Assembly (NCBI GenBank): GCA_900752335.1
Contig: CAADUZ010000023.1
Coordinates: 28,927-92,926 of the forward strand
Direction of reading: 5' to 3'
From: Clostridia bacterium
Lineage (GTDB): Bacteria; Bacillota; Clostridia; TANB77; CAG-508
DNA: 64,000 bases
The translations under genes and the position numbers were made by a program. The notes beneath the pieces were generated by a model. It did no database searches. It saw only the letters and a list, made by a program, of their open reading frames with translations, and was not told the DNA's origin. Positions 18,559 to 26,620 of the stretch are shown here, piece after piece (position 1 is the stretch's first letter; every line of letters begins with the position of its first letter).

Positions 18559-20697
18559 TCAATAGGCTTCATAATTTATATTTCTACTATAATTCACTTT
18601 GTAATTTTTATTGTTTTCTTCTAAAATATCTTCGAAAATATGATAAATTTCTTTATCGTCAATAGTAATAATCGTCTGTATAATTGGTATAAACTCTTTC
18701 GTTAAGTTATTAGAGAAATATTCAATATCTTTACTAACTGTCTTATCATTGCCATCAAATTCAATTAGTTCTATTATTATTTCTAAACCAAATATCATTC
18801 CAAGAAAACCTGCAATTAAGCATTCATCTATATCACTAAACAAATCATTATCATTAAAAATATTTTTGGCTGCTATTGCATCTAAATGTATAAATTCAGA
18901 TACTTTAGCATAAAAAGTATTATACAATTTTTTATAATTTTCTCCTGCTTTTTCAGCTAATTGTTTTTTCTGAATGTCAAATTTGAATTTTTCTCCAGTT
19001 TTTATATTTTCTATTTCAAATTTGTTAATTTTTTTGTGAGTGCCATTATCAATTCCAGCAACTGGTAAAATCTTTTCCTTAAACAATTTACTGTCTTTTT
19101 TATAAGCTTTGATATTAATTAAAATTTCGAATAATATTCTGTCAACAGCCATAGCATTATCATAATATTCTCCATCTACTAATTCTTTTAATGCTTTTAA
19201 GTTAATACTTGCTTTATATGCCCCAAAAACTAAAAAATCTTTAATATCTTGAATGATAAATTTTTTATTTTTTTGTTTATCTTTAGAATAAAAATTTATA
19301 AAAACATTTAAGCAATATATCATATCATCAATCTTGTTTTGGTTCATATATTCTAAAATAAAACTTATTGCTTCTACTGCTTGTAATTCATTCCATTTAT
19401 TGCCTTTTATTTTGCTTGACATTATCTTTTTATACTCTTTCATATAGCTTTTGAATTTATATATATCTCTATCTGACAATAAATTTTCATTCTCACTTGT
19501 AAGCATAAATCCAGATTTATCTGCTGCATATAGCCAAGCTTTATCAATATCTCCTTTTCTTTTTAAGATTTTATAACCTATTGCTAAATCATTTGGCAAA
19601 ATTCCTCCAAAAATTAAATTTTCATTACCCGGCATTCTTCCAAAAATTCTTTTAAAATGCATTTGCTCATTTTCCAAAATTTCAGTTGCTATTGGATGTA
19701 CAGGTACAGATTTTATATATTCATTTTCTTTTTTAGATTTAAAATACTTCATATTTTTATTTTTACAACACTTTGCATACTTTTTTCCACTTCCACAAGG
19801 ACATTTTTCATTATCGTCCCATTCTTCCTCTTCTTCCTTTAATTTTTCAAAAATATTATCAAAATATTGTACTAACTTTTTCACAAACTGTTCATCTCTA
19901 AATTCTGTTGTTTCCTTCCATCCTTTACCGATTTTTTTAGTGATTCTGATTTCCATTTTTTCGATTATATAATGAGCAAACGAATTAACAAATAGTTCAG
20001 TTGCTTCTTTAGATTCTGAATCTATTTCTGGCATATCTATATCATTAAATAAACTCAAAAAATTATCTGGTACTTTTTTAGACTCTCCTACTAAAATACT
20101 CTTAAGCAGAAAACCAAATTGTTCAAGGCATATTTCAAAATTATCCTTGGCAGCATTTTCATTTGAATAATATATTTGAATTGAATAATTAAGATTATTT
20201 ATCACATTATAATTAGTAAACAGCATTTTATTTTTTCTATATCTATAATTAAAATAAAATATAGCTAAATGGTTAATTTTCTTACTTATAATTGAAAAAT
20301 AGTTGCATTCAGCTTCTAATATTTGCAAAGCTCTTTCCAATTCTTTAACTTCAATATGCCAGTCAGTAGATTCTGCTTCCTTAAATTGCTTAAAATAATT
20401 ATTTAAAATAAATTTTAATACTTTTAGCATATCTTTTTCTATTTCAGCATCTTCCACAATTTCTTCTGTTAACAATGCTAGTGGTGCTATCTTGTTTGGA
20501 TAGAAACTTATTACCTCATTTACCATATATTCTTTTCTTAATTTATCACTAGTACTTTTAGCTTGTTTTACAATTTCTCCTAGAAATTTATTTTGATTTT
20601 CTCTATCTTCATTTTCTATCTTACTAATAATAATTTCTAATATTTTTTTTATTTCGTCTTTTTCTGTAGTTTCAAATAATTTAACAATTTCTTCCAC
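18559..20697 (-). CDS. 712-aa SEC-C motif protein, otherwise uncharacterised
   Basis: CPCGSGKKYAKCC (nt about 19765-19803) is a SEC-C metal-binding motif. I see no Walker or nuclease motifs. It is the last gene of a three-gene minus-strand operon. Confidence 0.6.
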   Translation of the reverse strand: MEEIVKLFETTEKDEIKKILEIIISKIENEDRENQNKFLGEIVKQAKSTSDKLRKEYMVNEVISFYPNKIAPLALLTEEIVEDAEIEKDMLKVLKFILNNYFKQFKEAESTDWHIEVKELERALQILEAECNYFSIISKKINHLAIFYFNYRYRKNKMLFTNYNVINNLNYSIQIYYSNENAAKDNFEICLEQFGFLLKSILVGESKKVPDNFLSLFNDIDMPEIDSESKEATELFVNSFAHYIIEKMEIRITKKIGKGWKETTEFRDEQFVKKLVQYFDNIFEKLKEEEEEWDDNEKCPCGSGKKYAKCCKNKNMKYFKSKKENEYIKSVPVHPIATEILENEQMHFKRIFGRMPGNENLIFGGILPNDLAIGYKILKRKGDIDKAWLYAADKSGFMLTSENENLLSDRDIYKFKSYMKEYKKIMSSKIKGNKWNELQAVEAISFILEYMNQNKIDDMIYCLNVFINFYSKDKQKNKKFIIQDIKDFLVFGAYKASINLKALKELVDGEYYDNAMAVDRILFEILINIKAYKKDSKLFKEKILPVAGIDNGTHKKINKFEIENIKTGEKFKFDIQKKQLAEKAGENYKKLYNTFYAKVSEFIHLDAIAAKNIFNDNDLFSDIDECLIAGFLGMIFGLEIIIELIEFDGNDKTVSKDIEYFSNNLTKEFIPIIQTIITIDDKEIYHIFEDILEENNKNYKVNYSRNINYEAY

Positions 20698-20726
20698 TTA
20701 AACTTCTCCTTTTATGTGTTTAATGC

Positions 20727-21038
20727 TTAATTAAATATTGTTATGTTCTCTTCTTTATCCAAGTATAACTTAATTATATTTTTATATTGATTCAATTTTA
20801 TTTGGTAAATTTGTCCAAGATTTATTAAACAATTATTTTTACTTAATTTATCGCTCAACTTTAGTACCCCAAATTGGACGTCAAAAAATAGTTTATTTAT
20901 TGTATTTAAACTAGAAACTGTTCCTTCGGATTTAATAAATATTTTGCTGTTTTTAAATTTCGATAAAACATTAATCAATTCTTTTTCATTAATATCTTCC
21001 ATATCCACACCACCTATATTTTCAAAACTATATATCAT
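20727..21038 (-). CDS. hypothetical 103-aa protein
   Basis: Overlaps the upstream gene by 11 nt, suggesting translational coupling; alternatively starts at ATG 21002. No family recognised. Confidence 0.45.
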   Translation of the reverse strand: MIYSFENIGGVDMEDINEKELINVLSKFKNSKIFIKSEGTVSSLNTINKLFFDVQFGVLKLSDKLSKNNCLINLGQIYQIKLNQYKNIIKLYLDKEENITIFN

Positions 21039-21594
21039 ATAATTTAATCAATTTATTTTGCATACTAGAAATTTGCTCTTTCAATTTTTTGTCTTCTTCT
21101 AGTATTTTTAATTGCTCTTCCAGTGAGATCTCTGGAATTTCAAACTGCCTCAAACTGTCTAGTCTTATTTGATATGTTGAAGAATATCCTTTTGACATGC
21201 AATATGCCTCTTCCAAAAGTTTCTTTATGTATTTATCTGTATTTAATATTTTTGCTAAAAATATTGGATTATATAGCTCTGCTTTTACTCTTGCAAAAAT
21301 TACTCTTGCAGAATATACCACCTTTTCTTCTCCAAGATTTGTAATATTTCTTACTTGCAAACTGTTTCTAACTAGTTCTGGAAAAATTAAATCATTTTCT
21401 TTTGCTCCGTAAAAGTAAAGTAAGTTTCCCTTATTTTCTAATTCGTACTTATACTCATCTTCTAATATAACGGCCCCATTTTCCTTAATATGAGTTAATC
21501 TTAAATTGTATATATCTCCTGTTTTTGACTTATATTCATCTGGTATAGTCTTTCCTCTACTTATTACGTCACAAATATCTTCTAATTTTAACAT
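21028..21594 (-). CDS. orphan type I R-M specificity-subunit-like protein (single TRD)
   Basis: LKLEDICDVISRGKT...ENDLIFPEL...YNPIFLAKILNTDKYIKKL...LRQFEIPEISLEEQLKI plus a coiled-coil tail, the layout of one HsdS target-recognition domain with its conserved helix. No hsdM or hsdR is in the window. Confidence 0.6.
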   Translation of the reverse strand: MLKLEDICDVISRGKTIPDEYKSKTGDIYNLRLTHIKENGAVILEDEYKYELENKGNLLYFYGAKENDLIFPELVRNSLQVRNITNLGEEKVVYSARVIFARVKAELYNPIFLAKILNTDKYIKKLLEEAYCMSKGYSSTYQIRLDSLRQFEIPEISLEEQLKILEEDKKLKEQISSMQNKLIKLYDI

Positions 21595-21741
21595 TTTTAT
21601 CACCGCATGTAATATATCACATTCTCTTCATTTTGTCAAGTACATTTGTAATACTGTTTATTTTACAACGTAATAACATACGTTAGCATATTTATATAAT
21701 GCCCGTTATCACAAAAAAATGCAGATATATATCTGCATTTT

Positions 21742-22368
21742 TTATACTATATATTTACTTATTTCTTCATATAAATCAACTGTTTTTGGGTTAAGATTAT
21801 GATTATCTGCATATGCATAGCAGTCATTTGATATTTTAGTCATATCTGTCGCAAGACTGTTTACATTATCAATAAAATCGTCATCGTTAATATGATTTAA
21901 TACATTATAGAAGTTTTCATTTACATACTTTAAAATATTAAAGTATAGATCATATGTTTCAGCCAATTCTTCTGCTATCATATCTTTAGAAACTTCATTT
22001 TCTAGTGCTATATATTTTTCAAGTGCTTGAACGTCTATATTAATGTTATCGTCTAATGTATAATCTATATCTGTTACGTCAACTTTTCTAACTACGTCTG
22101 TACATTGACTTGCAATATCCCCTACTTTTTCGATTCCACTACTTGCTCTGTTACAAAATATGCTTGTAATCAATTCCTTTATGATAATTATATTCTCTTC
22201 ATTTCCTTTAGAAACAACATAATCATATGCTTCTTTATATTCTCCTTTTTTCAAGTATTCTACTGCTTTATTTAATTCATAACTTGGTTTAAGTATAATA
22301 AATACTATAGAACCTATTACCGCTAATATTAGCAAAATTATTATTCCTATTTTTATTCCTTTACTCAT
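21742..22368 (-). CDS. membrane-anchored hypothetical protein
   Basis: 208 aa with an N-terminal TM (IKIGIIILLILAVIGSIVFII). No family recognised. Confidence 0.45.
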   Translation of the reverse strand: MSKGIKIGIIILLILAVIGSIVFIILKPSYELNKAVEYLKKGEYKEAYDYVVSKGNEENIIIIKELITSIFCNRASSGIEKVGDIASQCTDVVRKVDVTDIDYTLDDNINIDVQALEKYIALENEVSKDMIAEELAETYDLYFNILKYVNENFYNVLNHINDDDFIDNVNSLATDMTKISNDCYAYADNHNLNPKTVDLYEEISKYIV

Positions 22369-22393
22369 TACTATTTCTCCTATCTAAATAAAA

Positions 22394-22741
22394 TTAATAT
22401 CCCATAATCATATCTGCCCATGCTTCCATCTGTTTGTAATGTTCATAACAATAATATTCTTTTCCGCTTACACCATCTATGCTATACGTACCTTTTTTAT
22501 TGCAACCAGATGCATCACAATAATGCGTAGTAGTCGTGGTTGTAGTTGTATAGTCATCTGTTTTTGTTGGACTACTACTGCTTGTATAGCTTTTTGGTGT
22601 AGTAGTAATTACGTCTTTTTCGCTATTATTAAAATTAAAGATAACTATTATTGCAATAATTACAATTATAACTATAATGCTTATAAATATAGCTTTTGAT
22701 TTCATACCATTTGTTGTTTTATTCATTCTTTTTCCTTCCAT
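22394..22741 (-). CDS. membrane-anchored hypothetical protein
   Basis: 115 aa with a TM, a Thr/Ser-rich linker and a Cys/His-containing C-terminus (HYCDASGCNKKG...YCYEHY). Confidence 0.4.
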   Translation of the reverse strand: MEGKRMNKTTNGMKSKAIFISIIVIIVIIAIIVIFNFNNSEKDVITTTPKSYTSSSSPTKTDDYTTTTTTTTHYCDASGCNKKGTYSIDGVSGKEYYCYEHYKQMEAWADMIMGY

Positions 22742-22784
22742 TTCTTCCCTTTCCCCTATCTAATGTTAGGTTTTAACAATATTT

Positions 22785-22979
22785 TTATAGTGACCATTTA
22801 TGACCACATTTTAAACATGTTATAACTACTTTTTTGCTTCCCAGCATTCCTCCAAGTAATCCTACTGGTCCAAGTAATAATCCACCCGCTGCGGCTTTTC
22901 CTAGTCCAAAACCTTTTCTATCTGCATAAATTTGATTGCTTCCACATTTCGGACAACATACTTCATTATTTCCTGACAT
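22785..22979 (-). CDS. small zinc-ribbon protein
   Basis: 64 aa with CPKCGS ... CLKCGHKW flanking a Gly-rich hydrophobic segment. Confidence 0.45.
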   Translation of the reverse strand: MSGNNEVCCPKCGSNQIYADRKGFGLGKAAAGGLLLGPVGLLGGMLGSKKVVITCLKCGHKWSL

Positions 22980-23102
22980 ATAACTCCCCTCCTTTAAATT
23001 TTTTCAATTTTCTATACTATACCACAAAATTTCATTTTTGTACACATTTTTGTATACTTATTTTAAATTTATTTTTGTACATAATATTAATAGGTGATTT
23101 AA

Positions 23103-23276
23103 ATGGGAAAATTAAAGATAGAAAAAGCACAAAAAAATAATGATACTATTACTAGAACCATTAGAATTAGTGGTAAAACTTTTGATAGAATTAACGAATT
23201 AGCTGAAAAGAATGATTTAAGTTTTAATAATGTAATAAATCAAATTATAGAATATGGTTTAGAAAATTTAGACTAA
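23103..23276 (+). CDS. ribbon-helix-helix (CopG/Arc-like) protein, 57 aa, below the ORF-track cutoff
   Basis: Hand translation gives MGKLKIEKAQKNNDTITRTIRISGKTFDRINELAEKNDLSFNNVINQIIEYGLENLD, a beta-strand/helix/helix pattern. AGGTGA lies upstream of the ATG. Confidence 0.6.
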   Translation: MGKLKIEKAQKNNDTITRTIRISGKTFDRINELAEKNDLSFNNVINQIIEYGLENLD

Positions 23277-23314
23277 AAATAAATGATTTCTATGTGACAA
23301 TATATGGAGGAAAA

Positions 23315-23935
23315 ATGGAAGAAATTTTATATACAATCATAGCAGCAATAGCCTTTTTAATACCAGGATTTATAACAACTACAATTGTGAAAAAAATTAT
23401 TCCTATTGTAAATAAAGAATATAAATACAATATACTTGAAAATTTTATATACAGTTTTTTAAATATATTTATATGGGCTATACCTATACACAATATCTAT
23501 CTTAATATTGATTCTTTTAAACAAAACTTTTTTTGGTTATGGTTATTAATTTTCATAATTATATTTATATCTCCAATAGTGATTGCATTAGTGATAGTAT
23601 TAATAAATAAATATGAACTTTTCAGGAAATTATGTACATATTTTAATATTACTAATATAGATATTGAACCGTCCGCCTGGGATTTTAAGTTTAAACAAAT
23701 AGAAAATGAATGGGTTATTGTAACTCTAACTAACGATAGAACTATTGCAGGTTTCATAGGAAAAAACTCTTTTATATCAGATAATCCTCAAGAAAGAGAT
23801 TTATATATTGATGAAGTATATGAAATATCTAAAAGTGGAAATTGGAAAAAAAGAGAGCGAACAGACGGAATCTGGCTAAAAAGTGATGAAATAAAGACTA
23901 TTGAATTTTATAAATGTAAAAAAGGAGATGAATAA
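23315..23935 (+). CDS. membrane protein (DUF6338-like, from memory)
   Basis: Three or four TM segments followed by a soluble C-terminus: PSAWDFKF...WVIVTLTNDRTIAGFIG...RDLYIDEVY. GGAGG lies upstream of ATG 23315. Confidence 0.5.
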   Translation: MEEILYTIIAAIAFLIPGFITTTIVKKIIPIVNKEYKYNILENFIYSFLNIFIWAIPIHNIYLNIDSFKQNFFWLWLLIFIIIFISPIVIALVIVLINKYELFRKLCTYFNITNIDIEPSAWDFKFKQIENEWVIVTLTNDRTIAGFIGKNSFISDNPQERDLYIDEVYEISKSGNWKKRERTDGIWLKSDEIKTIEFYKCKKGDE

Positions 23936-23937
23936 AA

Positions 23938-24110
23938 TGAGTAAAATTTCTAAGAGCAGTAGTTATAGTTCTTCAAGTAAAAATAAAAAATTATCTGCAA
24001 GTTCAATTTCGCAAAGAAATAAACATGGATATCGCCCAAATGGAGATAAGTCTAGCGATTGTTCAGCCCCTCCTTTTGGAGGCTCAAGTATACAAAATAA
24101 ATGCAAATAA
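23938..24110 (+). CDS. small Ser-rich hypothetical protein
   Basis: 57 aa starting MSKISKSSSYSSSSKNKK. The ATG is 2 nt after the previous stop. A hairpin AAAAGGTC-aaaa-GACCTTTT follows at 24111-24130. Confidence 0.35.
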
Positions 24111-24127
24111 AAAGGTCAAAAGACCTT

Positions 24128-24269
24128 TTTATTTATGCTTCTTATGTGAAGGCTGTCTTTGAGATAGTGCAGAACCTGCAATGGACTTTGTAGTCTTAGA
24201 AGTTCTTCCATCTTTAAGTGCCTTAGAAGCTTGACTTGCAACTCTTTTTGAAGTTTTTTTACAAGCCAT
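24128..24269 (-). CDS. 46-aa basic hypothetical protein
   Basis: Hand translation gives MACKKTSKRVASQASKALKDGRTSKTTKSIAGSALSQRQPSHKKHK. Strong RBS GAGGTGGTG (rc of 24277-24285). Confidence 0.45.
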
Positions 24270-24410
24270 ATTCATCACCACCTCTCTAGGAAAAAATCCT
24301 TCTCCATTAATTCATTCCTATTATGGTGATACATTAAATAATATATCATATTTTTTGTACAAAATCAAATTCTTGTTTGACATTTTCTAAAATTATGATA
24401 TAATAACAAT

Positions 24411-24501
24411 AGGAAATGGAGAAAACCACAAACGTGGCTTACCTCAAGTTAATATGTAAAAACACATCTAACTCGGGAAAGTTTTACAGATGTGTTTTTT
24501 T
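24411..24501 (+). ncRNA. candidate type I antitoxin sRNA 1
   Basis: Promoter TTGACA (24377-24382), 16 nt, TATAAT (24399-24404). Terminator stem AACACATCT/AGATGTGTT (24461-24496) plus a T-run. It is convergent with toxin 1 and shares that terminator hairpin. It contains the anti-SD-like GGCTTACCTC. Confidence 0.55.
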
Positions 24502-24506
24502 GTTGG

Positions 24507-24629
24507 TTATTTGCTCTTACGAAGTAGTATTACAAGTGCTATTATCGAAGTAAGAGCTATGATAGTTATTCCTATTAAAGCATAAAATAATATGTATATA
24601 ATTGTTATTAAATATCCAGTATCTATCAT
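24507..24629 (-). CDS. type I toxin-like 40-aa hydrophobic peptide 1
   Basis: MIDTGYLITIIYILFYALIGITIIALTSIIALVILLRKSK: a single TM with a basic tail. RBS GGAGGTGAGG. The upstream GCCTCC-aataa-GGAGGT hairpin can sequester the SD. Promoter TAGACA-17-TATACT (rc of 24691-24719). Confidence 0.65.
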   Translation of the reverse strand: MIDTGYLITIIYILFYALIGITIIALTSIIALVILLRKSK

Positions 24630-24870
24630 AAGCCTCACCTCCTTATTGGAGGCAAACCACATCTGCTTATTCTCATTTCCTACGCTTTCTAGTATAGTAT
24701 AATTTTACCTATTTGTCTATATAATATATCAAATTTTATTTTTTTCTTTTTAGTTTTCACTTTCTTATACTTCTCAATTAACAATAGTAATTTACTATAT
24801 TGTCCTCTATAAACAACTTAAACTTTGTTTTAGACCTTGGATTTTGTCTTATCAAATGGTTTTTACGGAT

Positions 24871-25066
24871 TTACGCACTCTTTAATTCAAGCCTCAATTT
24901 ATCAGCAATCATTGCGATAAATTCCGAATTTGTTGGCTTACCTTTTGCTGCTGATACTGTGTAGCCGAATATTCTCTCTACTACATCTTGCTTTCCCCTT
25001 CCCCATGCTACTTCTATTGCATGGCGAATTGCGCGTTCTACTCTGCTTGGGGTTGTGTGATATTTT
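24871..25066 (-). pseudogene. displaced 3' fragment of spo0A (spo0A')
   Basis: 24871-25056 aligns without gaps to 41874-42059, with 22 mismatches in 186 nt by hand. It encodes [61 protein letters not shown] plus a stop, 59/61 identical to the intact Spo0A C-terminus. There is no upstream ORF. Confidence 0.9.
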
Positions 25067-25377
25067 ATGTAGAGTTTATGATTGCAAAAATTTGACTAAA
25101 GCAATAAATATTTATAGCTTTTACCTCAATATGTTTATTGCATTGATTGTAATAGAACTTTTTTCGTTTGTCAATTTTATGAACTATACTTTTTATATTT
25201 TTTGTTATGCAAATCAAATTGCTATATACTTATACTTTTAATAATAGTTCAAAAATAAAAATAACATATTTCATTTACTGTTCTATTTCTTCTTTAATAA
25301 ATTATTATTTTAATTTACTTTTGGCTAAGAAATAAAATAAAGAATAAATGAACGATATCATTTATCCTTTATTTTTA

Positions 25378-26352
25378 TTATGATTTATTTCCCATTCCTA
25401 GCAATAAAGCCTGCCCCAAAAGTCCAATCACTTGACTATAAAACCATTGATGTTTATTAAAATGATTCCCTATCCTTTTACAAAGCCCCGTATTCTTAGC
25501 AATGTTTTTAGTTACATTCATATTATCTATGTAATCTTTGACTTCTTCTAATATTTGTTTTAATTCTTCCTTATCTTCGTTTCCCTTTTCTTCTATCTCT
25601 TTTTCTAAATGGTCAATAGAATTGTTTATTGTAACATTTGAATCTGTAATATTTCCCATATTCAAAAATCCTGTATTTGTTATATTTACTAACGGTCTAT
25701 TCATTTTTTCAATCTGCTCCATATATTTTTTCTCCCTTTCAAAATATGTTTTACCTGGATATGTTAATTCAGCACTATAAACTGTGTCAGAAGCCCAAGT
25801 AACATTTATTAATCCATTTTTAATTAGCATACCTATTATGCCTCTATTTAGCTCATCTTCTTCAATTTTATCTGATAAAAAAGTGTCTATATTCTCTTTT
25901 TTTTCATCTTTTATTATTATTTCTTTTAGTAATTCTTTTGCTTGGTCTGTTAATTCTTCAAACAATTCTTTTCTCATTCCTTTCTTTTCAAAATATGATA
26001 GAGCATCAGGTGTTAAAATTATATGCCAATCTCCACCTATATATAGTTTTCCAAAAGATATATATCCAAATAGTTTTAATCTTTCTATTATACCTTCAAT
26101 ATTGAAGTCCATATATTCAGGGAACTCATTACAATTTCCTGTAATTTGCATTATTTTACCATTATTACTTTTCGACAATAATATTAATAACATTGTTTCT
26201 TCTGTTTCCGATAATAATATCATTTTATTTGCTCCTACCAGATTATTTTTTTCTATTATTTCTTTTTGTTTATTTTGTATAATCTTGCCTATACTCTTAT
26301 TTAAATCTTTTTCAAAATTTTTTAAATTGCATTTAATTTTAATCTTTGCCAT
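25378..26352 (-). CDS. hypothetical protein with C-terminal hydrophobic helix
   Basis: 324 aa. No family recognised. C-terminus reads WFYSQVIGLLGQALLLGMG. It lies between the two type I toxin modules. Confidence 0.5.
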   Translation of the reverse strand: MAKIKIKCNLKNFEKDLNKSIGKIIQNKQKEIIEKNNLVGANKMILLSETEETMLLILLSKSNNGKIMQITGNCNEFPEYMDFNIEGIIERLKLFGYISFGKLYIGGDWHIILTPDALSYFEKKGMRKELFEELTDQAKELLKEIIIKDEKKENIDTFLSDKIEEDELNRGIIGMLIKNGLINVTWASDTVYSAELTYPGKTYFEREKKYMEQIEKMNRPLVNITNTGFLNMGNITDSNVTINNSIDHLEKEIEEKGNEDKEELKQILEEVKDYIDNMNVTKNIAKNTGLCKRIGNHFNKHQWFYSQVIGLLGQALLLGMGNKS

Positions 26353-26420
26353 ATAATACCCTTTCTAAATTATTTCTGCAAAAAGTTGACAATTTAATTA
26401 CAAATGTGTATAATAAGTAT

Positions 26421-26506
26421 AGGAAATGAAAGCCACTTTGTGGTTGCCGAAAAAAGATTTAAAAATAAACCATTTACTCGACCAAAGCAGAATGGTTTAT
26501 TTTTTA
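26421..26506 (+). ncRNA. candidate type I antitoxin sRNA 2
   Basis: Promoter TTGACA (26386-26391), 17 nt, TATAAT (26409-26414). Terminator AATAAACCATT/AATGGTTTATT (26464-26501) plus a T-run that overlaps the toxin 2 stop codon. Confidence 0.55.
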
Positions 26507-26620
26507 TTGCCTATGTAGTAAATACAAGATGATGAATACTAAGGCAAAATTTATGATAGTTACACCTACTAATCCAAAGAAAAGTAGTTTGATGATTAAC
26601 AATAATGCTGATTCTACCAT
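26504..26620 (-). CDS. type I toxin-like 38-aa hydrophobic peptide 2
   Basis: MVESALLLIIKLLFFGLVGVTIINFALVFIILYLLHRQ. RBS GGGGGTGGTG. A paralogue of toxin 1, sharing the G-(I/V)-T-I-I core. The 5' UTR is about 115 nt and starts ATAGGAAATGAGAATAAGC. Confidence 0.65.
   Translation of the reverse strand: MVESALLLIIKLLFFGLVGVTIINFALVFIILYLLHRQ

Noticed and set aside
24418-24555. 45-codon plus-strand ORF starting at the ATG within the sRNA1 leader (MEKTTNVAYLKLICK...).
   Set aside because: AGGA abuts the ATG with no spacer. The ORF reads through the terminator hairpin, and the corresponding frame in sRNA2 is not conserved. It is treated as non-coding.
24871-25066. The spo0A' remnant as an assembly artefact or recent tandem duplication.
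   Set aside because: 22 substitutions in 186 nt, almost all synonymous, plus a sharp homology boundary. An artefact or recent duplication would be near-identical.
24930-25241. 103-aa plus-strand ORF.
   Set aside because: Its first half is simply the antisense of the spo0A' remnant, and the remainder is AT-rich spacer. It has no RBS.
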